This document shows positions 27,349-35,439 of a stretch of DNA of 43,303 bases, one piece after another. The notes under the pieces are model-generated. The model was not told the origin of the DNA. It saw only the letters and a program-made list of their open reading frames with translations, and ran no database searches. This DNA comes from Candidatus Acidiferrales bacterium. Lineage in GTDB: Bacteria > Acidobacteriota > Terriglobia > Acidiferrales > UBA7541. Position 1 is the first letter of the stretch. The number at the start of each line of letters is the position of its first letter. The stretch covers positions 1-43,303 of the forward strand of contig DATDMO010000364.1 of the NCBI GenBank assembly GCA_036518755.1, given 5' to 3'. The position numbers and the translations under genes were made by a program.

Positions 27349-28407
27349 ATGACGCAAAGACTTTCATTGCTTGGTTCACTCCTGTTGCTTAGCTTTGCGG
27401 GCCAAGCGTGGCCGCAGGCGCTGCGTCCGGCTGCCCCGGCGCAGCAGCAGAATCCGCCGCGCATCATCGTTCCAACATACACCGTCATCGTTCCTGTTAC
27501 TGTAAAAGATAATCGCGGCCAGTTGGTCGGAGATCTTCAAAAGAAAGACTTTCGAGTTTTCTCTGACAACATCGAACAGAAGATTCGCCAGTTCTCTTCT
27601 GAGCCGGTGCCCCTTTCCGCCGTCGTCCTTATCGACAACGATCTCGATCAGCGGCAAGCCTCGCAAGTTCAAAAGAGCCTCACAGCCATCTCAGCCGGCT
27701 TCGGCCCTCCGGACGAAGTTGCCGTAGTCACTTACGACGAGTTTCCCCAAACCGTCGCCGATTTTTCCTTCAACAACGATCATTTGTTCACACAGTTGAA
27801 GCGCCTGGATCTCGAGTCGCACAATAGCCAGGTGATCGCCGACCCGACCACAGCCGGGCCCATGATGAACGGCCATCAGCCCGTGGACACGGCGCGCGGC
27901 ATCCCGCAGCACGGCTCGAAGCGATACAGAAACGACAACGCCCTGAACGATGCCCTTTACGCGGCGTCCAATATGCTGAAGGATCGCGGGCGAGACCGCC
28001 GCAAAATCATCTTTCTGATCTCCGACGGCACGAATGCCAAAAACGAGCACACCTTCGACGAGACGCTTCACTCCCTCCTCGCCAATGATGTTGCAGTGTA
28101 TTCCATTTCCGTGACGCGTTCGCTGCCCATCGGCAAGTCTTTGATTCAGCGGGGAGCTTCGGAACTCGAAAAATACGCCTTGAACAGCGGTGGCGATACG
28201 TTTTACGCATCCAAGCAGGCCGATCTCGAGCGTCTCTATTCCGACGTCACCGAACAAGCCCGCAACCAATATACTTTGACCTTTTCGCCCGAGAATATTC
28301 CCCAGGGGCAGGACTTTCACATCATTGAGGTGCGCGTCGAGCGCCCTGACTTGAATGTCGAGACTCGCCGCGGATTCTATTTGAGCGCTATCAGCGCCGG
28401 TCACTAG
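27349..28407 (+). CDS. secreted VWA-like protein, paralogue 3 with a degenerate MIDAS motif
   Basis: It has the same architecture (LQKKDFRVFSDNIEQKI ... FHIIEVRVERPDLNVETRRGFYLS), but the MIDAS position reads DNDLD instead of DxSxS. Confidence 0.8.
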   Translation: MTQRLSLLGSLLLLSFAGQAWPQALRPAAPAQQQNPPRIIVPTYTVIVPVTVKDNRGQLVGDLQKKDFRVFSDNIEQKIRQFSSEPVPLSAVVLIDNDLDQRQASQVQKSLTAISAGFGPPDEVAVVTYDEFPQTVADFSFNNDHLFTQLKRLDLESHNSQVIADPTTAGPMMNGHQPVDTARGIPQHGSKRYRNDNALNDALYAASNMLKDRGRDRRKIIFLISDGTNAKNEHTFDETLHSLLANDVAVYSISVTRSLPIGKSLIQRGASELEKYALNSGGDTFYASKQADLERLYSDVTEQARNQYTLTFSPENIPQGQDFHIIEVRVERPDLNVETRRGFYLSAISAGH

Positions 28408-28451
28408 CGGTGCGCATTTTCAAAACGGCAATCGCCTGAAAGTTTTTCTTC

Positions 28452-28480
28452 TTGACTTCATCCGCCCCTGCTTCTATAGA
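28452..28480 (+). promoter_or_regulatory. orphan sigma70-like promoter in a convergent intergenic region
   Basis: TTGACT (28452..28457), an exactly 17-nt spacer, then TATAGA (28475..28480). No credible ORF lies downstream before the terminator. Confidence 0.35.
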
Positions 28481-28486
28481 TGAACG

Positions 28487-28637
28487 AAGCGGGATCGGCG
28501 CTCGAATTTAAGTTCGCTGCCGTCTCGCGGAGAAAGCTCCAGAAAGTAAATGCGCGGAGCCCACTCCGGACTTTAAGTCGGAAAGTCTGGCGAAAAAAGC
28601 GGGGCAATCGTTGTCAGATTGCCCTGCTTTTGTTTTG
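28487..28637 (+). ncRNA. candidate small RNA (about 150 nt) between the orphan promoter and the intrinsic terminator
   Basis: A predicted TSS about 7 nt after the -10 is followed by several hairpins. One has a 9-bp stem (28566..28574 / 28582..28590) with a 7-nt loop AAGUCGG. The heptamer TTTAAGT is repeated at 28507 and 28572. The unit ends in the terminator at 28599..28637. It could instead be the 3' UTR of the upstream VWA gene. Confidence 0.3.
28593..28637. terminator. bidirectional intrinsic terminator between convergent genes
   Basis: A 10-bp stem, GCGGGGCAAT (28599..28608) / ATTGCCCTGC (28618..28627), is flanked by AAAAAA (28593..28598) upstream and TTTTGTTTTG (28628..28637) downstream. 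Confidence 0.6.
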
Positions 28638-28759
28638 CGGTTGTAGGGGCACAACATGCTGTGCCCGGCGAAGATACTTGGCTGACACGCGCTATCCACC
28701 TTGCACCACGGGCGCCGTCTTCTCGCACTCGTGGTGGTATCCGAGCCGAACGCGGCTTG

Positions 28760-31700
28760 CTAGTGCGTCGTGTGCGCCGCGGGTCGAATCGTTATCAGCT
28801 GTTCGTGTTCTGGGCAAAGCGGCTTGAAGTCGCAATATCCACAGCCAAAACCAGGCTTCGCTCGAAAATTCGCTGCGCGAATCTGGTCAGCCACTTCGGC
28901 GATCTTTTCCTTCGCTGCCGCGAGAGCTCCCTCGTCGCGCGTGGTCGCTACTGCTTGATTGTCCGTGAGGTTGTACAGCACCAGGCGTGCCGGCTCCAAT
29001 CCGAAAACTTCGCGCGCTGCCAGTGCGTAGATACTCAGTTGCAGATTTTCAGCGGCCTTCTTCGCGTCGCGAGGCCTTCCGGTTTTGTAATCCACGATTT
29101 CGACTTCGCTAGCGCCCAGGCGATTCACCTGGTCCATTCTGCCCGTCACGATGATGTCGTGATCGAGCGGCAGCTCAAACTTTTTCTCCTGATAAAGAAT
29201 GTCCGAGGGCGCATCCTGGCAAGAGCGATGAAAGGCTTCCAGTTGTTCGCGGCCTGCCCTGCGATATTCCTCTTGCTGATAATTATCGGGAAAGCCGGCT
29301 GACGACCATTGCCGCTCGTAAATCGCCAGGACTTCCTCAAACGGAACCTTCGACCCCTTGCGCATCTCACCCACAAATTCACGAATCGTCGAGTGCATCA
29401 CATTGCCAAATGTTTTCTGCGCGCTCGGTCCGCCGCGAAGATTCCACACATACTGAAACATATACTTCATCGGACACTGGTCGTATGCATCGATCCGCGA
29501 AGCGCTCAATTGCAGCGGCTCAGGTTGCGGCGGGTGGTAGGCCTTGGCCCATAGTGCGACGCGCGAATATGCCTTGGCATTTTCTCGTGGCGCTCGAAAG
29601 AGGGGAGGCTCGTCCGACGGGTCCTCCAAAGGTCCGGTGGTCTCTTCCACAGGCGGCAGTTCCACTTTTGGTTGGCACTGGTCGGTGTCAAATTTCTGAA
29701 TTTTCGGATTCGCTAAGAAATCAACCAGAAACGGCGACTCCCTTTTCCAGCGGTTGACAATCGTCGAAAGCGTCAGCCGCTTTTGCGCTCGCGTGATTGC
29801 CACGTAGAAGAGCCGCCGCTCCTCTTGCTTCTGAAAATCAAATTTCGGCTGCTCCTCCTTCATGAGTTCCGGCGGAAATTCGAATGTGGCCGGTCGCGGC
29901 CTCGCTGGGAAATCATTGTTGCTAAGGCGCAGGACAAAAACGTGGGGGAATTCAAGGCCCTTGGCGGAGTGGACCGTCATCAGCTGAACGGCGTCATCGG
30001 AGAGCTCCTCTTCCAGTTGGATATCTCCATCGAGTTCGTCGAAGAAACCGAGATACTCGGCGAAATCCCGTAGCTGCTTCTGTTCGCTTTTTCCCTCCCA
30101 TTCCTTCACGAACGCGACCAGCTTTTCCACGTGCTGGCGGTCGATTCCCGACATCAGCACTCCAATGCCCAGGTTCGCGATCAGTTCGTCGAGGACCTCA
30201 ACCGCTCTTTTCTTTGCGGCCGTTTGCCTCAAGCGATGGAAGAGCTCCACCAACTCCGGCAACCGGACGCCCGGGCGATCCAGGGGAGCTTCCGATTGAG
30301 ACGCTTCCACTTGATCCAAAAGGGGACGCCGACTTTTTTCCGCGCGTTCAGCCAGCCGCACCAAATCTCGAGCTTCCAGCCCCCAATACGGAGCGCTCAG
30401 CACACGCGCGCACGCTACGTTATCCGCCGGGATTGCAATCAGCCGCATCCACGCAAGCAGGTCCCGGACAAGGGTGCTCGATAAAATCGAGGATCTGCGT
30501 ATCACAAACGGAATTCCCCTTCGCCGCAACGCCTGTAAAAGTTGTCCGCGGTGCCTGTGCTTGCGGTAGAGCACTGCGAAACTTCGCCAGGGGGCCCCTG
30601 CATCGTGCAGCCGTTCGATTTCTCCCGCTATCCACTCGCCTTCTTCCTCGAACCCGCAGAATTCGGCCACTCGAATTTTTTCGCCAAGAGGGTTTTCCGT
30701 CACAAGCTTCTTGTCCGGTAACAATGGCGACCGCTCATTCACTCCGATTACTTGGCCCGCCACCCGAAGGATTCGCTGGGTCGACCGGTAATTCTGCGAG
30801 AGCGATACGAGAAAGTCTCTTGCCACGGCGGCGCCGTGGTTCCTCCTCACGCCGCAAAACCGCTCCAGAAAAATCGTAAAGCTGCCAAACGATGCGCCCC
30901 GGAAGCGGTAGATCGCCTGATCGTCGTCTCCCACGGCCAGAATATTGCGGCCCTCCCCGGCCAGCAGCCGGAGCAACTCTAGCTGCGCGATGTTCGTGTC
31001 TTGAAATTCGTCCACCAAAATGTAGCGGTACTGGCCGCGCAGTCTTTCCAAAAGCTCGGGATCCGATCGCAAACATTCCACCGACTTCAACAGTTGCGCG
31101 CCAAAGGTGTATAAGTTGCGTTCCAGCAGCAGCCGCTCGCTCACCCGGTAGACTCGCGCCAGTTCCTCCTGCTTCGCCAGTTCGTCTTCCGCTACTTGCA
31201 GTGCGTCCGGCTCCATGGCGCTCCTCCGAGCCTCGTGCGCCCGTCGGAGGTCGCTGACGTACCGCTGGTAATCGTCCGGAGTCACCAGCTCATCCTGGCA
31301 GCGCGAGAAGAAAGTCACGAAGTCTTTTAGAAACTGCGCCGGTTCCGCAAGCCTTCGGAAGATAACTAATCCGAGTTCCGCGAGATTCCGTCGCAGTAAA
31401 ATCTGGTGATCGATTTCCTCGATGGCTTGAATTTCCGGATTCGCCGCCCGCAGAATCTTTTCCAGACAGAACGAGTGGAAGGTGCTGAGCCAAATACCCT
31501 CGGCCCGTTCCCCGGCGGACTTTAGCACGCGACTTTTCATTTCCCAGGCGGCCTTGTCCGTAAAGGTGAGGCCCAAAATATTTTCGCCGCTCAGAGATGG
31601 ATCGCTATCGAGCAGCCGGCGTATGCGCTCGGTGATGACGCGAGTTTTTCCCGTTCCCGCGCCGGCGATCACCAGAAGCGGGCCTTCGCCATGCTCGACG

Positions 31701-31771
31701 GCTGCTCGTTGTTCAGCGTTGAGCGGGAATCCCGGCGCTGCAGCCTCCTTCGAATTTGCAATGAGACTCAT
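28760..31771 (-). CDS. UvrD/PcrA-type superfamily-1 helicase fused to a C-terminal PD-(D/E)XK nuclease domain with an AddB/Cas4-like Cys cluster
   Basis: It has Walker A AGAGTGKT, motif II LVDEFQDTN and a C-terminal nuclease region with YDQCPMKY ... CGYCDFKPLCP (1+3 Cys). I take the start at ATG 31771 (MSLIANS) rather than 31867, which overlaps lpxD. Confidence 0.85.
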   Translation of the reverse strand: MSLIANSKEAAAPGFPLNAEQRAAVEHGEGPLLVIAGAGTGKTRVITERIRRLLDSDPSLSGENILGLTFTDKAAWEMKSRVLKSAGERAEGIWLSTFHSFCLEKILRAANPEIQAIEEIDHQILLRRNLAELGLVIFRRLAEPAQFLKDFVTFFSRCQDELVTPDDYQRYVSDLRRAHEARRSAMEPDALQVAEDELAKQEELARVYRVSERLLLERNLYTFGAQLLKSVECLRSDPELLERLRGQYRYILVDEFQDTNIAQLELLRLLAGEGRNILAVGDDDQAIYRFRGASFGSFTIFLERFCGVRRNHGAAVARDFLVSLSQNYRSTQRILRVAGQVIGVNERSPLLPDKKLVTENPLGEKIRVAEFCGFEEEGEWIAGEIERLHDAGAPWRSFAVLYRKHRHRGQLLQALRRRGIPFVIRRSSILSSTLVRDLLAWMRLIAIPADNVACARVLSAPYWGLEARDLVRLAERAEKSRRPLLDQVEASQSEAPLDRPGVRLPELVELFHRLRQTAAKKRAVEVLDELIANLGIGVLMSGIDRQHVEKLVAFVKEWEGKSEQKQLRDFAEYLGFFDELDGDIQLEEELSDDAVQLMTVHSAKGLEFPHVFVLRLSNNDFPARPRPATFEFPPELMKEEQPKFDFQKQEERRLFYVAITRAQKRLTLSTIVNRWKRESPFLVDFLANPKIQKFDTDQCQPKVELPPVEETTGPLEDPSDEPPLFRAPRENAKAYSRVALWAKAYHPPQPEPLQLSASRIDAYDQCPMKYMFQYVWNLRGGPSAQKTFGNVMHSTIREFVGEMRKGSKVPFEEVLAIYERQWSSAGFPDNYQQEEYRRAGREQLEAFHRSCQDAPSDILYQEKKFELPLDHDIIVTGRMDQVNRLGASEVEIVDYKTGRPRDAKKAAENLQLSIYALAAREVFGLEPARLVLYNLTDNQAVATTRDEGALAAAKEKIAEVADQIRAANFRAKPGFGCGYCDFKPLCPEHEQLITIRPAAHTTH

Positions 31772-31835
31772 GAGCAGTCGTTCAGTTGGGCCATTGTAGC
31801 AAATTTCAGCGCCAGGCGAACATAAGGCGAATATA

Positions 31836-32864
31836 TTATCCTCCCCGCCCGCCTCGAAGCTGCGCAACCTCCTCGCGCAGGTCGCGCAACTCCTTCTGCA
31901 ATTCCGGCAGGCGATTGAATACAGCGACTGACTTGCGCCAATCCAAATTATTCATCGCCGGATAGCCGGAATAGATTGCGCCCGCCGGAACATCCGTGGG
32001 AACGCCGCTTTGCGCTGTCAGCGTCGCGCCGTCACCGATACTCAAATGGCCCGCTGCGCCAACCTGCCCGGCGAGGATGCAGCGACTGCCGACGCGGGTT
32101 GTGCCCGCTAGCCCAACCTGACCGCACAGAAGCGTGTCCTCTCCCACTCTGCAGGCGTGGCCGACCTGCACGAGATTGTCGATCTTGGTGCCGCGGCCTA
32201 TCTGAGTTTCGCCGACGGTGGCGCGGTCGATGGCGCTGTGGGCCTGGATTTCCACGTCGTCGCCGACCACCGTGACTCCGGCTTGGCGCATCTTGTGCCA
32301 CCGGCCGCTGGCTTCGCGCGCGAAGCCAAAGCCGTCACTACCAACCACTACGCCGTTTTGTAGAATCACGCGATTGCCGATGCGGCAATTCTCGCGGACG
32401 CAGGCGTGTGCGTGAGCGAAAAAATCGTCGCCGATCCGCGCTCCGCGATAGACGCAGACGAAGCTGTGCAACACGGCGTTAGCGCCGATCTCGACATCCT
32501 CGGCCACGTAGCAATAAGGTCCGATATGCGCGCCAGCTCCAATTTTCGCGGACTCGCCTATCACCGCTGTGCGATGAATGCTGGGACCATAGCGCGGCGT
32601 GGGATGGAACAGCTCGATGGCCCGCGCAAAATCGAGGTACGGATTCTCCGAGCGAAGCGCCGCCATGCTCGGCCGGGGTTCCCCGCGTGCGATGAGAATT
32701 GCAGAAGCGCGCGTTGTATCCAGGGCCGGACGATACTTGCGATTGACGAGGAACGTCAGCTCGCCGGGTTGAGCATCCTCGATTCCGGCAACTCCAGTGA
32801 TTTCAAGGTTCGCGTCGCCTTCGATTTGGCAACCCAGCTTCTCGGCAAGCGCCTGCAATTTCAT
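31836..32864 (-). CDS. lpxD: UDP-3-O-(3-hydroxyacyl)glucosamine N-acyltransferase
   Basis: MKLQALAEKLGCQIEGD...ITGVAGIEDAQPGELTFL is followed by left-handed beta-helix hexapeptide repeats. ATG 32864 is preceded by AGGAG. Confidence 0.9.
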   Translation of the reverse strand: MKLQALAEKLGCQIEGDANLEITGVAGIEDAQPGELTFLVNRKYRPALDTTRASAILIARGEPRPSMAALRSENPYLDFARAIELFHPTPRYGPSIHRTAVIGESAKIGAGAHIGPYCYVAEDVEIGANAVLHSFVCVYRGARIGDDFFAHAHACVRENCRIGNRVILQNGVVVGSDGFGFAREASGRWHKMRQAGVTVVGDDVEIQAHSAIDRATVGETQIGRGTKIDNLVQVGHACRVGEDTLLCGQVGLAGTTRVGSRCILAGQVGAAGHLSIGDGATLTAQSGVPTDVPAGAIYSGYPAMNNLDWRKSVAVFNRLPELQKELRDLREEVAQLRGGRGG

Positions 32865-33285
32865 AGTGATCTCCTGAGCACTTCGCAGCGTTCCGATCCC
32901 GTTGCCTCGCCGTTTCGTTGAAGGTTCCTCTCGCAAAAGTGTCGAGTAGAAGGTACATCGATCCTTTGTTCTGAATAAGTTACGCAATGTTCTACTCGGC
33001 TCATGTGTCGATTAGAACTGAGTTGCGCGCGCCCGGCCGAAGAGCTGCGGAGCCACAGGTCCGACCCTCGTTGGTTCCTTCATGCCGCGCCGAGTTTTCT
33101 CAAAATTATTCATGCGTCCCATGTTAGGCGCTCGGTGGACGAATTCAAGGGGTTGTTGGTGTAAAGAATTTGTCGCCGCGTGGGAGCTTCGGTAATGGAG
33201 CGATCTCGCGGCGGTGGCTAAGAGTCGAGAGGCGAGAGTTGAGGATTGAGGCGGACGGAAGTAACGGTGGCTGGAAGCCGGGTAC

Positions 33286-33311
33286 GCCGGCCCCCTCGAA
33301 AGGGGGCCGGC
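33286..33311 (-). terminator. GC-rich hairpin 13 nt downstream of the WXXGXW gene stop
   Basis: A perfect 10-bp stem, GCCGGCCCCC / GGGGGCCGGC, with loop TCGAAA. There is no clear U-tract on the minus strand, so the terminator function is tentative. Confidence 0.45.
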
Positions 33312-33323
33312 ACCGCGTGGCGG

Positions 33324-34496
33324 CTAGTGTTGTTCGTCGGATTTGGGCTTCTTCTGAGGCTCAGCTTTGCGCTCGGATTGGGCGTGACGTTCGGGCGCGG
33401 GTCTTTGTTCACGTTGAGGTTGAGCTCTAGGCTCTTCCGGGTGGACGTTGGGATTCTGCTCCACGTTGCTGCGTGGCTGATGATGTGGCTGGCTTTCTCT
33501 ATTCGGCCGGTTTACTTCATTTGGGCGCGTCTCGCTGGGATTGTTCGGAGGAGTCATGTTCCTATCTTCCGGACGATTGTGATTCATGTTGTTTGGAGGA
33601 TTCGCGTTCCTGTTTTCCGGAGGGGTCACATTCCTATTTTCCGGGCGGTTCGGGTTCCCATTCTCCGGGTGGCCCACGTTGCCGTTGTTCGGCCGATTGA
33701 AATCCCGGTTCTTGGGGCGGTTCTCGTTAGGGTTATTGGTGCGCGCAGGCGGTTGGTACGAGCCTGCGTTACGGGCCGGCATCGCTCCGGCTTTGAAGTC
33801 GCCGGGCTTTGCGGTAGCGGCGATCGGCGGGCGGCCGTGATTCTCAGAGGCACGCAGCGCGCTATTGCGGCTGGCGGCCTGCTCTTGCTCCGCTTGCCCG
33901 CTGGTTCGCTCGAAATGGCGCTCGTGTTCGACGGCGAGCTGCCTGGAGTTAGGACGCGCTGAGACGCCACCATGTCCGCCATTAAAGCTGACGCGGTCAT
34001 GATTTTCACTGCGGACGACGGTCCTATCGACGTACGTGTTGTGAATGATGGTCGTATTAACCCGCGTGACGGCGGTGTTGTAGATGAATCTGTCGTGATC
34101 CCAGCGTCCACCAACGTAGCCATTGCCGTAGTAGCCGAAGCCATAGTCGATGCCGCCATAGAAGCCTACAACAGGGGCCCAGTAACCAGCGTGCCATACG
34201 TAGGCGTCACCGTCGTCATCCCAACCCCAGTATCCGGGGGTCCAGAGAAGGCCAGGTTCGGGCGGCAGTACCCAGGTGCCGGGCACCCAGTAGTAGCCAT
34301 CGTACTCACTGTAGGCCCAATAGCCGGGAGTCCAAATGTAACCAGGCTCCGGGCAATACGGCTGTTCGTAGACTGGCAGAGCCGGGGGGCCGACTCTCAC
34401 CGATATGCCCACCGAGATCTGGGCCAGAGACCGAGCCGGGAAGGCCAAAAGCAGGAGGGCCAACGCTCCCACAGAGACCAAGGCCGTTTTGCGCAT
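33324..34496 (-). CDS. secreted YXWGXW/WXXGXW-repeat protein with an Asn/Pro/Arg-rich repetitive C-terminal tail
   Basis: It has a signal peptide (MRKTALVSVGALALLLLAFPARSLAQ) and repeats GYIWTPGYWAY, GYYWVPGTW, LWTPGYWGW and YVWHAGYW. The start at ATG 34496 lies 6 nt after AGGAG. Confidence 0.75.
   Translation of the reverse strand: MRKTALVSVGALALLLLAFPARSLAQISVGISVRVGPPALPVYEQPYCPEPGYIWTPGYWAYSEYDGYYWVPGTWVLPPEPGLLWTPGYWGWDDDGDAYVWHAGYWAPVVGFYGGIDYGFGYYGNGYVGGRWDHDRFIYNTAVTRVNTTIIHNTYVDRTVVRSENHDRVSFNGGHGGVSARPNSRQLAVEHERHFERTSGQAEQEQAASRNSALRASENHGRPPIAATAKPGDFKAGAMPARNAGSYQPPARTNNPNENRPKNRDFNRPNNGNVGHPENGNPNRPENRNVTPPENRNANPPNNMNHNRPEDRNMTPPNNPSETRPNEVNRPNRESQPHHQPRSNVEQNPNVHPEEPRAQPQREQRPAPERHAQSERKAEPQKKPKSDEQH
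33546..33668. repeat. imperfect tandem repeats of about 24-27 nt inside the CDS, encoding PPENRN(x)(T/N)P-like units
   Basis: The units GGAGGAGTCATGTTCCTATCTTCCGG, GGAGGATTCGCGTTCCTGTTTTCCGG, GGAGGGGTCACATTCCTATTTTCCGG and GGTTCGGGTTCCCATTCTCCGG are visible on the plus strand. Confidence 0.5.
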
Positions 34497-34761
34497 GTTC
34501 ATCTCCTCTCTACAGTTAGATTCGCGAGAACCTCGTGGGGTCACGCAAGGGCAGAGAGTTAACCCCTCCGAACGAAAGTGCCCTGGCGCTTCGTGCACAG
34601 AAGAAGCGCGGGCCAACTTTGTTCGGGGCGGTGACCAGCCGTAAGAGCGAGGAGCACGCCCGGGCAAGCCCCGGGGCGGCAAACAGCGGGAGCCCTTCGA
34701 GGCTCAGGGTAAACAAGCTCCCGAACTCGCAAGAGGCATGGAGGAGAGGGTCCAATTAGGC

Positions 34762-35367
34762 TCAAAGGTTGTCACACTTGGGGTCCCCACCGAGGGAATC
34801 CATACAATCAAACTGATTCTCGACCTTGGTCCAACCGGTGGAACCCTGTGGTGTTCTTAGGCGAACCCACCAATCCTTGCGACCTTCAGAAATCACTTTG
34901 GCTGCACAATCGCGCAAGCACCCGCCTTCGCTCTTCTCAGCGATGAAGGTGCAATCGTACTCGCGGTGCCATTGTCCTTTTGCCCAGATGTCGGCGAAGC
35001 CTTCGCCGTGGTACATGTAGCGAAGGATGACATCCCCGGGCTGGACGCCGAGTTCCGGGATCGCGCTCAGAACCTCCACTCGGTCGGGCGAATAAGTAAT
35101 GTGCACGCCAGTGAGTCCTGTTACGACTTCCCCAGTTCGAATGGACGCCACTTGCTTTCTGGGCAGATTCCACGTGGAGAAGAGCTCGGAGTCGTGAGTA
35201 ACTATCCACTTCTCGAAGGTGCAGCCTTCAAATGGACAAGCGTTGTAGTCGATGACGGGCAAGGGCGGCTCCGGGATTGAGGCCTCTTTGGAAGGCGACT
35301 GTGCCGGAGAAAACACGACGAACGCAGAGCAAATCAGCATCAATATCAACAACGATGCCCTTACCAT
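34762..35367 (-). CDS. secreted Cys-rich hypothetical protein
   Basis: It has a signal peptide (MVRASLLILMLICSAFVVFSPAQS) and 8 Cys in the mature part. No family recognised. Confidence 0.6.
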   Translation of the reverse strand: MVRASLLILMLICSAFVVFSPAQSPSKEASIPEPPLPVIDYNACPFEGCTFEKWIVTHDSELFSTWNLPRKQVASIRTGEVVTGLTGVHITYSPDRVEVLSAIPELGVQPGDVILRYMYHGEGFADIWAKGQWHREYDCTFIAEKSEGGCLRDCAAKVISEGRKDWWVRLRTPQGSTGWTKVENQFDCMDSLGGDPKCDNL

Positions 35368-35439
35368 GAACCTACAATAACAACGATTCGAGAAGGTTGG
35401 GGTTTGTGTGTCGATAGAGTCAGACCGCCGAGCAGTCCG

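Noticed and set aside
28566-28590. Possible tRNA anticodon arm with loop CUUUAAG (UUA anticodon, ochre-suppressor-like)
   Set aside because: A 5-bp stem with a 7-nt loop cannot form around that loop (G-G clash). The stable fold is a 9-bp stem with loop AAGUCGG. No acceptor, D or T arms are found around it.
28647-28666. GC-rich hairpin GGGCACA-ACATGC-TGTGCCC as a REP-like or mobile repeat
   Set aside because: There is only one copy in this window and no flanking repeat structure. It is most simply an additional 3'-end stabilising hairpin between the convergent genes. Copy number elsewhere in the genome cannot be checked from here.
28480-28827. 115-aa ORF in the VWA/helicase intergenic region
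   Set aside because: It starts inside the -10 hexamer, reads through a strong terminator hairpin and into the antisense of the helicase 3' end. It is Arg/Cys-rich and not protein-like.
33246-33962. 238-aa plus-strand ORF antisense to the WXXGXW-repeat gene
   Set aside because: It is kept open by the antisense of the Asn/Pro/Arg-coding tandem repeats and runs through the GC hairpin at 33286..33311. The minus-strand gene has a signal peptide, an SD and family-typical repeats.
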